The notes: generated by a model not told the origin, from the letters alone. A DNA stretch of 64,000 nucleotides from Dimorphilus gyrociliatus (GCA_904063045.1 CAJFCJ010000007.1:4471404-4535403), one strand, 5' to 3'. Numbered from the stretch's first letter, positions 48,737-62,087 are shown. Numbers and translations are program-made.

Positions 48737-50696
48737 ATGGAGAACCTTAAAAAGATTGATCCATTTGCTCCTGATTTAAAAGATTTCGCACCCAAACCTG
48801 TTTTACCTGTACCCTCCAGTTTTAAACCTAATATTAATTCACCCTATTTTATTGAGAGTTCATTAACTTCCAGAGAAGCCTGTTTACGTGTTTTGGCAAG
48901 TGAAAATGGTGGATCCGTGTTAGATATTAACTCGGAACTTACAGACGCCAGTTTGGAATTTGAGATGGAATCTGCTTCGAATACTAATTTTAATGTTGAG
49001 CATTCGACAAATTTGAGGTTTTTTTCTTTATATTATCATTACTCTGTTCTATTTGTTTATTGTGTAAATAAATTGGAATTTTACTCGTCTTTTAGCCTAA
49101 AGGATAGGGATTTAAATGATTGCTCAATGTCGACTTTAAATTTGAAAGAGATAGCAGATAATTCCTTAAATTACATTAAAACTGTATGTCTTGTATATTC
49201 AATTGTATATTTATGCTATTTACGACGAATATACTATTTATAACATCTAGAGGTATCGAATAAACAACTTTTATACAGACCAAGACGATAACAATATCGA
49301 TTTTAAAGATTCGATTTATTCGATTTTTACAAATTTAACGTTCAAAATATATGGTAATAATTTTTTTACACGTTCATAAACATGAATAATATTAATAATT
49401 TAACATATTTAAATATTAGACGGTGAAGTATTGTTATATCCTTGGAAGAAAACGAGGAAGTCATCACCTATCTTCAAGAATAATTGTGAAGCTAACCGTA
49501 AGTTCAAAATTTGATTTTTCAAAGAGAAACGATCTTTTTTATATTTGAATAAAGAAGATTACTGAGAGTCCATTGTATTATCTTCAGCTTCTAACTTACC
49601 TTTTTCATCTTCCCTCCAAAAAACACCTTTTTCAAGTGTATTAAGAAGACATTCCCATGGAAGTGGTTGTCGAAACAAATATAGTCAAGAGAATTTGAAT
49701 ACAAATGACTGGCGTCCACCAACTTTTCAATTGATTTATAATTCGTACGTATTACCGAAAGATTTAAATATACAATTAACAATGCAAAAGCGGAGATGCG
49801 TCGGATGCGGATCAGACGTAAGTATTAATATAATGAATTAATATAAACTCAATTCTATTCATTTGCTGATCTCTATTATTAAGATATCCAAAGCAACTTT
49901 TACCGGTTTAAGATTTTGCTACTATTTCGGAAAATATTTTTGTTTATGTTGCCACGACAACTCAAAATGCTTCATTCCAGCTAAAATATTAAGAAAATGG
50001 GATTTACAAGCATATCCAGTTTCAAATATTGCTAAAAATTTAATACTACATGAATGTAATAATATTGAACAGTGGTCTTTAAACCTTCATGACTGGAATC
50101 CAGTATTATTCGATAAAGTACGTGTTTTAAACGAAATTCGAGGGTTACGATATTACTTTTTGATCATTTATTCATATATTACGGAAAATTGTTTAAAGAA
50201 TCCAAGGTAAAACAACACCTCATAATAGTATAGATTATGTTATCCTATATTTTTTCCTTTTGGTATATTTATCTTATAAGCAATAATTCTATTTTATTCT
50301 TTAGTTTGGCAAGAGAAATTGAAAAATTACCTCTGCATTGGTTGAATTCTCGTGATGATTATACAGTATTTGATTTAGTTCAAATTGGAAAAGGAAATTT
50401 TCTGTTTACTCTATCGAGAATTGTTAAAATTTGTAAATCCCACATTGGAAAATGTAAATTATGCAAAGCTAAGGGAGCCTACTGTGAATTATGTAAGAGT
50501 AACGATATCTTATTCCCTTTTGATGCGTATAAAGTTTGCCGTTGTATAAGTAAGTACCGAAGAAAAAGACTTTGAATAATAATTAATTATATTTCTTTCT
50601 TTAACATTAACAGATTGTAAATCAATTTTTCATCAAAATTGTTTAAAAAATGATTCTACGTGTCCAATTTGTCTGGAGAATGAAGAAAATGTTTGA
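48737..50696 (+). CDS. Rubicon/Pacer-like protein with C-terminal Rubicon-homology (RH) Zn-binding domain; no RUN domain seen
   Basis: DWRPPTFQLIYN...QKRRCVGCG, RFCYYFGKYFCLCCH...IPAKILRKWD...YPVS, CKLCKAKGAYCELC..NDILFPF and CKSIFHQNC...CPIC. The start codon is uncertain. Confidence 0.8.
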
Positions 50697-51127
50697 TATC
50701 TATAAATAGTATTTATATTTATTTGAATATAAGCAGAAGAAAATAAAAGAGAACGAATTCCTTTTTGTATTATTTATGAAACATTAAACTTCTTGTATAT
50801 TTCCTAAAGTATTAAATAGTCATAAATTGTTTTCAATCTATCCAACAAAATTTCTCCTTTTACGTTCAAGAGTTCAATACTTTTTTTTCTTTCCCAATTT
50901 TGTTCTTCGACTAAATACTAAAACCAAACAGGTGAGGAATAGGCTAAAATTGGTCTATTTTTATAACGTATTCACATAAGTTAACGCCATTTAGATATTA
51001 TAATTTGAATGCCCGAATTTGTTATAATGAAAAAGTATAAAAGGCACAAGTCATATACATACAGAGAGAGAGAGAGTTTAAGTGGCAGATGAACTAAAAA
51101 TAGATGATTAATGTTAAAAAGATCTAT

Positions 51128-52021
51128 TTATCTTAATTTCTTATCCAAGCATATTTGAGAAAGAATATGTTCGTCAAATACCAATTGTTCTATTAATGAG
51201 CATTTAGGATGTTTTAGACGTTTGACCATTGGTAAACATTTCTTCAGTATTGAACATTTAGCAACAACTACCCGATTTTTTGGTGTTTCTTTTTTATGAT
51301 TCCAATGGATACTTTCGCATATTTCTAAATCTTTAGGATGCTTTATTACTCCAGTTGTAAATTTTCTAGTTACTGGTAAGTCTATAGTTAAAAATGGTCT
51401 TCTCTTTCCGAAATAGAACTGTTTTTTAGTAAAACAGGTCAACATTGTTAAATCATCTATACATAGTTTTCCAAATTTGTCACTAAGAAAGAATATATCT
51501 AAAAATGGCCATGTATAGTTAAAAGATTTAATTGTTTTCATATTTCTATTGTAAAATTTCCATCTATGATTTCCAGTTGATAGAAGATAATCAGAATTTA
51601 AATTTTCAATTATATTATGAAATCTTTCTTGATCTTCTCTAAGCATAACAATATTTATATCATCGTTGTAAGGTATTATTCCATGGTGTCTCCATATACC
51701 TAATTTAGATCCAAATACTAACAGATAGTGAAGCTGATGTTGTTTGCTAATATAATCGAATTCTTTCAAAAGTTGTAAAGTAGCATTTAATTCTTCTATT
51801 GTCATAGCCGGTTTAAATTCAGGAAACTCTTCGTACAATTCAGAGCAGACTGGAAATATTTGGGTTATATTCGATGACCAATAGATGAGATTGTCATTTC
51901 TAAACTCACGAATAGGCCCAAACTTCCTTATTATTGTCTTATTAGTAGAAAAATTGAATAGAAGAACGACCACGCAAAAACCACATATAATAATGGCGAC
52001 ATTTTTCACGTATCCGTTCAT
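51128..52021 (-). CDS. LicD/fukutin-family nucleotidyltransferase-fold type II membrane protein, intronless
   Basis: N-terminal anchor (VAIIICGFCVVVLLF) after the probable ATG at 52021; motif FGSKLGIWRHHGIIPYNDDINI; WKFY...WPFLDIFF. Confidence 0.85.
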   Translation of the reverse strand: MNGYVKNVAIIICGFCVVVLLFNFSTNKTIIRKFGPIREFRNDNLIYWSSNITQIFPVCSELYEEFPEFKPAMTIEELNATLQLLKEFDYISKQHQLHYLLVFGSKLGIWRHHGIIPYNDDINIVMLREDQERFHNIIENLNSDYLLSTGNHRWKFYNRNMKTIKSFNYTWPFLDIFFLSDKFGKLCIDDLTMLTCFTKKQFYFGKRRPFLTIDLPVTRKFTTGVIKHPKDLEICESIHWNHKKETPKNRVVVAKCSILKKCLPMVKRLKHPKCSLIEQLVFDEHILSQICLDKKLR

Positions 52022-53469
52022 ATTTATAAAGATGAAGAAGAAACAAAACTGAAAAAAGAACTTGCCCTCTCTCTCTCTCTCTTTTACTGTCTCTTCAATA
52101 GATTTTAACTTGTTCACAGAATTAACAGAACTTCCACAATACCAAGTGTAATGAGTCACTAACTATAACATTTATATATATATTTTCTTTTTAGGTTAAT
52201 GTTAGCTCTTTCCTCCCACGTTCCTTTAGCGTATACTTTTTCTAAAGCAGAAAAGGCGAAATTTCTAATAGATTATATACTAATTTCAAATTCAAACATT
52301 AGTCTTTTGACTTTCCTTAAATCATCTTTTCATTCTTTAATTTAGATTCTAATGTTTCTTATCTCACTATTTTTGTTCAAAGTTGTCACTAAAGAGGAAG
52401 ATAGAAAAGCGTTTTTAAAATATTTAAATAATTAATTTAATATTCAACTAGCTAGTTAGTCTGTTGGTTACGTAACAGAGATAAGAATGAAATATTATAC
52501 AAATTATTCTATTAGGCTAAACTAAAGGTATAACTTACCCTTGTTTACTATACGAATCTTCAACGATTTAAGGAAATCTTCGAAAAGAAAGTTGAACTTA
52601 TCTTTTGACAATGGCTCCCTCTAGTTTATTATAAATAAGTTGAGATGAACATATACTTTCTTAGAAATTTTATTAGAGGAATGACGTGTTCGAATAATTA
52701 AATACTATATAAATTTATAAATCTATATATAGTTGATATAACATCTACACAGTTAAGGACTTGTAAAATGTACTTATTCCAGAAGTGATAGAGTAATTGA
52801 TTATTTGGAAGGTGTCATAAATCTTTGGGAGAGAAATATTAGATATTTCTTTTGTAAAAAATGAACAACTGAGAAAGAGAAAGTGGAAAAGCTCAGGAAA
52901 GAGACATAATCAATCATAGGAGTAAAGTTGGCATAAAACTTCCTATTCATTTTTCCATTGAGAAATTAAGCACAGCAATGATTCAATACAAAAGAGTTAA
53001 AAGGAGAGAATAAAATAATATTCAATTGAATTAAAAATGGACTTAAAGACATGTATTTCTTTAAATTCAAGGGGAAGGCTAAAATGAGATATTTTCATAT
53101 TGAAAATTTGAATTTCTATAAATCATTTACAACAATATTAAGGGCTATAATTATTTAATCATACTAATCTTTTTCCTTTATATTACATATAAATACTTTA
53201 GATCTATAATAATTAATATGAAAAGACCTTCATATACTATTTGCTTTAGTTTCTTTCAGAAGTTTAACAATCGTAAATTTAGGTTATTTGTTCCTCATCA
53301 TATTGAAAAACCGTATTGAAAAACATGCAGTAGGCATTGGTACATTTTCAAGTCAGTTTTTATTTATAACTATAAGAGATAAAATTAACCTATAGTGTGA
53401 TTGTTCAAAGTATTATATTAAAAAAAGTAGTATTCTCATTTTATCTCTAAAATTATAAGTAAAGTTTCA

Positions 53470-55898
53470 ATGTTTTTGGCTAAACTGTTTATGATCAATG
53501 GGTTTATCGGTTGTGTTCTTAGCAATGAGTTTTTCACTCTAAAATTAATTGAAAATTTATTAAAATTAAGTGAAAATTGTTCAAGATTTGATAGTCCTAC
53601 AGTCAAAAAAATAAAAGAATGTCATTTCGAACGTCAATTGATAAGTAAAAATGTCGGAAAATTAAAACCTTGGGCTTTACAGCGTAAGTATTTTTTCTAT
53701 AAATTGTGTATAAATAATAATCTATTTATTAATACAGTTGAATGTTCTCATGGTAGACAGAGCTCGAGTAATACTTTGCGTAGTAATTATTGGTTTGGGG
53801 ATTATAGAGATTGTAAAAGCGTTAATATTCAATTAAGAAATTATAAAAGTTCATCAAACTACACAATTCGAGGATTATATTCTCTTATTAGAGTGAAGGT
53901 CAAAGAAAATCAGAAAAGATATATAACAGCCTTTTGTGCAACGCCCAAGTGCTACGATAGTCTACAGATAATAAGTAAGCAGTTATTATCATTTTTAATA
54001 TTTTAATGTTTTTAACAAAATGTTAGATTCGAATCAACAATGTTTTTCATCGCTTTACGAAGACATTTCATATTCAGCTGAAGAGGATTTAAGATTATTA
54101 CAAGTTGATTATTCCTTTTTATTTCTAAGGTTAGTTAGTTGAATAGTATATTTGAAAAGAAGAAAATTGATATGAACCCTTAATCCCTTCCTACTAGCTC
54201 ATTTACAATATTCCTATTTATAATCATTTCCATATCAACAATAATCTCTAAATACAAATCTTCTATTGACAATTGTAAGTTTTTTCATTTCTCATTCATC
54301 TCTTTTGAAGTATTCAATAATAATAATTTTTAATTATTTCAGTTAAATTATTACGCCTTTCAAAATACTTTTCATTCATTGAAAATGCTTCAAAACTGTT
54401 CAATTCACGAAATTCTGATAAATATATAATAATTATTAATAATCTAAGATTAATAATTATCTTATTTATGACTTTTAAGAAAATTAACAAGTTTTCAGCT
54501 GGTATATTATACAGTATTATTATTACTCAATTACTTTAATAACTCAATTTTCATCTATTTTTAGCTGTTGAAAATGACTTTACGAACAGGGAAAAACTAA
54601 TATCAACATTAGCATTTGATACATTTTTTGTTCTAAGTGGTTTGGTAGCGACCTATAAATTTTTGAATAAATTAGATTTAATTACCAGTTTACCACAAAA
54701 ACATCTAAATTCGATATTTATTTATCAACTTCTTATTGGATTCTTTCAATTTTTACCTGAATTTTTATTATTATATAGTAATATTTTACCAAGAACTATT
54801 TTTGGTTGCGATGTATTAAATATACAGGGGAAAAATAACGATACAGTAGACATATTTAATAGTACGAATTGCCAAAAGTACTGGTGGACAAATATCTTTT
54901 TTATAACCGATTATTTCTCTTTGAAGAGTCAGGTAAATATAATTATCTCATGAATATTTATTAGCTAAATATAAGCATATTTATTTTTTTATTACAATAG
55001 TGTATTGTTGAATTTTGGTATTCAACAATCAATATAAATATTTTGATTATATTGATATCGAAGTTTTTACTAGTCATGTAAGTAATACATCAATAAAGAA
55101 CTCTTTACAAATTATATTGTATTAAATGTACTTTTTCAGTTTATCTTTAATATCAAATTCAATAATTATACAACTTCCTTTTACTCTTTTTACCATCTAT
55201 GCTATTTTTTGCGATAAATTAAAGTAACATTATACTATACAAGTATTTAACCTAACTAATTGAACTTCTTTAACATTAAATTAAAGATTTATGAACGATT
55301 CACAAGGAGTTATTGTTTCTGATTATTGGCAATTTGCTTACAATAAATCATCCACAAGGATATATCCGTTTATCATTGGAGTTTTCTATGCTGTACTCAC
55401 TCATCGTACGAAGAGCTTTAAATCTTCAATTTTTTTAAATATTTGGCGGGCCACGGTTATTATTTTGGTTATTTTGAATGTTCTGTACTCTTCGTTTCAA
55501 AGCTTTGGAGATGCTGAATTATATAAAAGATTTATATGGACGTTAAGTATCACTTTGATAGTAAACGTTTGCAATTACAACGATAACGTTGAAAAACTTT
55601 TTCCAAAAACAAAAATTCTATGGTTTATATGGATACTAACCATATTTTGTGTACTAAATTGGCCAATGGTATTTCTAAGTTTGGTCTTAAAAAGATATAA
55701 TCAGAATTACGTCGCTACTGAAATAGTAATATATTTTTTTTTATATATATAAACAATAATGTTTTTTTTCTCCCCTTTTAGTTTCTGCATTATTTAAAAT
55801 GCATAGCTTGGACAATTTCATTGTCTACCTTCTTTATATTCGGACTTCAAGAACCGTTATCGAATCTTGAATTATTCCTTTTGTCAACTAAAAATTGA
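53470..55898 (+). CDS. NRF-6/OACYL-like multi-TM acyltransferase-3 family protein, copy 1 (highly diverged)
   Basis: Signal peptide, NRF-like domain (WALQ...YWFGDYRDC...FCATPKC), LAFDTFFVLSG, CQKYWWTNIFFI, YNKSSTRIYPFIIG and the terminal QEPLSNLE. Confidence 0.75.
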
Positions 55899-56090
55899 AT
55901 TTATAATTTTTTATTTAAATGTAAAAAGACGAATATTCAATAAAAAGATATTCAATTGAAATAGTATAAAATAATTGATGATTGAAACATTAGAATCATG
56001 TGATGGAGTAAATAATTCCAATTAGCTATTTCTAGTAGCTTGATGTTTATGTATATATAAATTTATACTAATATATATATATACTATATA

Positions 56091-57829
56091 TGTTTTCGAT
56101 TGAGTTACGATTGTAACTAAGTATGATTAGTTGTTTTAAGTGAAAAAACTTTATGTTAATATTGGAAACATTGGCGATGTCCCAATGACTGGGCGTTGTA
56201 GTCAACGACTATACTGGCCAAGGGGGAAGGAATGAAACGAAATTGGTTCAAGAGATAGGGGATTATATTTTTAGCATCTCTTTCGACCTTGGTATGTCCG
56301 GTGTAAATATCGTATGTTGGCTCTGATCTATTTCCTCAGCTTTATCGAAGTGATTGGAGTCATTTGTACTGATGGGAAAAGTTGATTTGGAGGCCAAAAT
56401 TTGATCATGTAGACTAGTGTGATGAGGTTGATTACATTTTTTACAATGAAACTTAGATGAACAATCTTCGCTTGTGTGATCACTTCGTAGACAGTTAGAA
56501 CAATGGTTAAGGAGTTGAACTAGTCTCCTTCTTCATTCAAAGTTGGCATTTATATAAAATGGACAATAGGTCAAACAGAAGCTTATTTGTTGAGTCCTCG
56601 TTTGTGGGTCTGCTGGTTTTATATTGGGAAGGGTACTTGCCACCAAACTCTGTATATTGACGTTTGTATATTGGCTTTCTTGTTGTGTCGTCGGAAACCT
56701 TTTTTTTATCCTAGATGCTACAACTGCTGTATTTACTGTATGAGAAATATAAAGCCCATTTGGGATAGCTCTAATAGTTTTTTCTATGATTTTTCCTAGT
56801 TTTGTTGTAAGTTAACTAAAATCATCAAGATATTTGAAAAGGAGATGTTTAACTTTAAATATATGGTGGTAATCTGTTCACATATCGATTAAGTCTTTCA
56901 TATTGTGTATGATCTCCGTTTTTAGGTGAGTTTCGAAGTACAAGGAGTGCCTTGAATTCAATCCAGTCTGAAATGTTATCGGATTGGAAGGGTATACTTC
57001 TATTGAAGATTATTTCTAAGTCAGTTCTTCTAGATAATGAAGCATCACAATAAGCAAAATTCAAATTCTTGACTAAAGATAAGAAACTCTCTTTGTCATC
57101 ATCATCATGAAACTCGTTACTGCATACTTTGTCAGTCATCCAGCGATTTGCAATCAAACATTTCTCCGAATCTTCAATGTTAGCTTCCATCAGTGGAATA
57201 AGTACTGTTTTGTAGAAATGTTGATAGTTAGTACCGTTAGACCTTTTGGATGCGGTAATCTTTCTATTTGGGCAGTAGAATCGTACGTTGAAGGACCAGG
57301 ATCGGTTTGTTGATTAACGAAGGGACCATTGGTAGATGGTATTCTGTCGTCTTCTTCGTGAGGACTTTGGATGTTCGAATTTCGCAATTTTGTTCTTTAA
57401 CCGTTACGACGTGTTCCGTCTCTTGCGCTTGAATAGGGACAGATGACTTACATGATTCATTGGTAAAATTTGTTTGGTTAGAACCTATCATTTGAATGAT
57501 ACGTTCCATCGGGGCGGTTATCTCTGCTTTCATTATATTGATCACTAATTTGTTCTGGACGGTCATCTCCGTTAACCTCTCCTCGCACTTGTTTCTTTGC
57601 TCCTCCAGTCTATCAAATGTGGTTGATGATTCGGTCGTCATGTCCCTTTGAGGTACTGCTTCTGAGTCCAATAGACTTGGATCATTGGCGCCGGTGGCCA
57701 TTTGAATTCTATTCTTATTCGGCATAGAAACATTAGAAACGTAAAGTTAAATGTAAAAACAACTAAATGTTAAAATACTGCAAACATTAGCGACGTGCCA
57801 ATGATTAGGCGTTATGATAAACGACTACA
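56091..57829 (-). mobile_element. Degenerate gag-only BEL/Pao LTR retroelement (about 1.74 kb; LTR-like repeats about 56091-56212 and 57703-57829)
   Basis: BEL/Pao-type zinc knuckles CSNCLRSDHTSEDCSSKFHCKKCNQPHHTSLH at 56407-56502. Direct repeats (aaacattggcgatgtcccaatgactgggcgttg vs aaacattagcgacgtgccaatgattaggcgtta), TG...CA termini, broken gag ORFs and no pol. Confidence 0.8.
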
Positions 57830-57899
57830 TATATTTACAGTATACACATATACACACATATACTGAATATACTGTATGAATTTGTAGGTATAAGATATT

Positions 57900-58567
57900 G
57901 ATTGGTTGATAGTTTATGTGAATAAGTAAACAATTGGCACTTTGACACTGATACAATGATTACCAAGTTTCTCTTACAGCTTAGTGTCAGAAAAGATTAC
58001 TATACTCAACATTAATATATAGCCTTTGACAAATGATAGGTGGATTTTTGCTTATTTAGTTAAATTATCCAATTCATTTCAATGAAAAATCATATCTTTT
58101 ATATAGTGCAGAGAAGCTACTTATCAACTAACTTTAATGAGAAATGGTAATATCCTCAAATGAATTTTTCCCTTGTAATTATGATCATTATGATAATTTA
58201 TTCAAAATTGCCTTCTAAGACAAACATTTGTCTATTTGCGCACTAAAATTATTCACACTTATTTAAAAACCTACTGTCTCTTCTACATAGGCTCATAGAT
58301 GATCTATATATACTCAATGGAGAAACATTCAATATCTACACTATCACAATTAAGTTGGAAAAGACACCTCACATCCCAATATGGTTTAATATAATTGTAA
58401 ATTGAAGAAGGAGATTGAAAAAGTGTAAAAGGGAGAGAGGGAATGTGCGCAAGTGTGAAGTGCTGATTGGTTTGATTGTTTATATAAATAAGTCAACAAT
58501 CAACATTGTGACATTGATACAGTGATTACCAAGTTTCAATTACACACTTTTCTCAGAGAAGATTACT
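57900..58567 (+). repeat. Pair of about 100-bp diverged direct repeats (57900-58001 and 58465-58567)
   Basis: Both read gattgg...gtttat...aataagt.aacaat...gaca.tgataca.tgattaccaagtttc..ttaca...tcaga.aagattact. Confidence 0.7.
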
Positions 58568-59358
58568 TCAATCTGAAGTCTGTTGGGTTTTTACGTTGGC
58601 CCAACGCCTTTGATATACGATAATTTCACTTTTGATTATTTTAACACCAGTCTAGCTTGCTATGATGAAGGGATAATATTCTTAACACGATGATTGATAC
58701 CCGAAGAAAAAAAATGAACATAGAAAAGAGACTTTTTGTAGTATTTTTCGTTTCTACGCTTTTATAAAATGTATCACGTATTTCACTTAAATCAGTATAT
58801 GGAAAGCTACTATTTAATATGCATATTAATCATTTTTAAGGTCGTGGAGTTAAACAGTAAATTGTTCTCTGGAGTTTTGTAATTGCTTTTGGAATACAAT
58901 TATTTTCTTTACTGCATCGATAAACGATGAACAAATCTTTATAAGTTAGAAATAATGATTTGGGAACAAGCAGACGATGTTTAAAATGGGTTAAAACCTA
59001 TTATTTGCAGTATTTGGAATACTTTAGTCGCTATTCAATTAATTAAAAATAATTAATGAAAAAAGTAGGCCTACTAAGTTTAAATATAAATGTGCTTTCT
59101 TATCTATTATTTACATTTTAGCCCACACAAAAAAGAACCCATTAAGCTATCTTACATGTACAGTATATCAATTCTCACTTAAAAAGATAAATTTTAAGCC
59201 TATAGGAATAAAACAAATACTGTATTGAATACGAATTTTTACAATATAAATCTTGTACACACCCTTTCTTCTCTTCGTTTTATCTTACATACCTTTGAAA
59301 ATTAATTTACATATACGTCACTAACTTTTAAAGAGATATAACATTTGTCTAGAGAAGG

Positions 59359-62087
59359 ATGAGGAATTCACTTATAGTGATTCAATTAGCTTTTATTTGT
59401 GCTAGTTTGTCTCAAGATCAAGTTCTAGGAAGAACTTTGGCGCAGATAACGATAGATAATTTAATAAAAAGTAAAATAAAATGTTCTCCTGAAGGAGATA
59501 TTCTAGCTAAATCTTACCAATGTCAAAGAGAAAGACGAGTGATATACGATTATTTAAATAAAAGAGTAAAATGGGCTGTTGAATGTAAGTAATCGATGTT
59601 TTGCATATTTTCATTCATATGCTACATTTCTTTATAATTTCAATTTCGTTTGATAAATTGTTAAATATCTATTCTCTATGTTCTTTTCATTTTATAGTAG
59701 AAGAATCTCACGGTAGTGGTCTATACTGGCCTAAAGTTAATAAATGGCTGGGCGATTATGATAAATGTATAAAGATATCTGAAAACATAAGCAATCATTC
59801 AAGTTTTGAGATTATTAAAGGCCATTATACACTTATTTCAATTTATGATTCAAGCTTGATAAATGAAACTCAATCAATGGCGTCCTATCAAATCGCAATT
59901 TGCGCAACACCAAAATGTTATGCTTTATTAAAGTCTATAGAAGGTAAATCAATGAAGAAATTACTAATTTATTTGCAGTTTGAATACCAAATATAAATAT
60001 ACTTCAATCTATATTGAATATTTATTATTAATCAGGTAACTTTAGCTGTAAGTACCAAAGTACTAAATCATACTTGATATCAGTTGAAAAGAAATTAAAA
60101 TCATGGAAAGATGATATTAAACCAGTTGTTGCAGTGTAAAATATCTATATTACTTTTCTATATATTACGTAATTAACTCTTACTTTTTCTTTTTTAATAT
60201 AAAGAACTATTTTTACTGTTTTGATTTGCCTAATTATTGCATCAACAATTATGGATTATTGTTATCTATTTAAATTAAGAAGGAAGAAACCATCTGCAGA
60301 TGCTAGGAAACAAACATTTTCGACAATAACATGTAAATAACAAAACTAAATGCGTATTATATAACTATTTTTATTTTTAAATGTATTATATCAGATAAGA
60401 TATTACTACCGTTCAATTGTTTTTCACTTATTCAAAATATACAAATACTCTTCAATCTCGATCTTCCATCTCAACACGTTTCCTCAATTCATGGGATAAG
60501 ATTTATAACTATCACATGGATAGTTTTGAATTTCGTCTATCGTTCATCTCTAAGTGCTATGGGTATATTATATTAATTAAAGAACAGTTGTAGGAAATAT
60601 AGATATACTATATATCTTTTTGTAAAAAGGTAATAATATTAAAATACCTGCCGAAGAATATATTACGTTTGTACCAGTTAAATATTCTCAATTGGCTTTT
60701 GATACTTTTCTTGTAATAACTGGATTTTTAGTGGCATATAATATATTATATAAATTAACGTCATCTAACAAATCTAAAGTGCAATTGATATTATTCTATA
60801 TAGTAAATCGTTTATGGAGAATACTACCAGCTCTTGGAGCAACTCTATTGTTTTATACATTTGTTTTTCCAAGATTAAAGACAGGTCCTGCCCAAATGCA
60901 AGAAATGATTGATTATTCAAAAACTGATAAAGAATTTTGCGAAAGTTATTGGTGGAGAACTTTATTATTTATTAATAATTTCTTTCCAGTTAAAGAGATT
61001 GTTAGTAATTTAATAATTGTCTTAATTAATTAAGTATTGATTTATCGATTGAACTCTTTTTAAAGTGTATGAAACAAACATGGTTTCTGGGCGTCGAAAT
61101 GCAATTATATTTCATCTTTGGTATTCCCTTGTTTCTTTTTCTATTGTAAGTATAAAAATTATATAAAGAATTTAATTATTGATGCCTTTATGTTTTAAAT
61201 ATATAGAACTCCTTATTTGACATTCTTTCTCATCCTTCTCCTATTATCTGTACATATCGTAACGAACTCTGTTATTTTAGATCAATTTGTGTAAGTTATA
61301 TTAATATTATATCTTAATTGTTCTATCTTCTACTTTCTTGTAACTTTTAGCTTCGAGAAAAATAATATACTGAACGTCGATGATTATCATAATAAAATAT
61401 ACGTTAAACCATACACAAGAATTGGACCATACGCTCTTGGTTCTTTAATTGGTTTTCTAGTAATTAAATTTAAAAACATTAAATTACACTTTCTATGGGC
61501 AGTCGTAGGTTGGATTTTATCAATTGGAACTGGTCTTACAATGCTGTATTTAGTCTGGTTGGATATACAACCCAATAAAGAACCTTGGAAAAAGAGTGAA
61601 TATTTAATCTATGAAACATTGAAAAGGCCTGCATGGAGTTTATGTATTTGTTGGGTAATATGGGCATGTAACTCTGGACACGGCTGGATTATCAATAGTT
61701 TCCTCTCCTTTAAATTCTTTATTCCATTGAATCGTTTAGGCTATAGTATATTCTTAGTTTATCAATTTGCAGTAGTATTTCTATATTCAGCTATAAAATA
61801 CGATCGAATATTTAACACTACTGAAATGGTAATTATTAGTATCTTTTAATTATATGCTAAAATTAATTATATATGTTAAAGAAATCCTCCGTATCCTATT
61901 CTTACTCTCATTCTTTCGCATACAGATATTCGACTTTCTAAGTTGTATGACTGTATCAATAGTGGTTGCAGTATTTTTCTGTATATGCGTTGAGCTACCC
62001 TTCTTAAACTTAAAGGATTGCTTGTTCAATAGGGATAGATTGAGGAGAAGATTTCTGGAAGAAACTGTAGATCAAACAACAATTTAA
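59359..62087 (+). CDS. NRF-6/OACYL-like acyltransferase-3 family protein, copy 2
   Basis: Signal peptide, KWAVE...KWLGDYDKC...ICATPKC, HGIRFITITW, LAFDTFLVITG, YIVNRLWRILP, FCESYWWRTLLFINNF, TWFLGVEMQLY, YVKPYTRIGPY, RPAWSLCICWVIWAC..GHGWIINSFLS...PLNRLGYSIFL and VELPFLNL. Confidence 0.85.

Noticed and set aside
52022-52159. N-terminal extension of the LicD ORF in the track
   Set aside because: Runs through a (GA)n microsatellite. The ATG at 52021, directly before the TM anchor, is the more plausible start.
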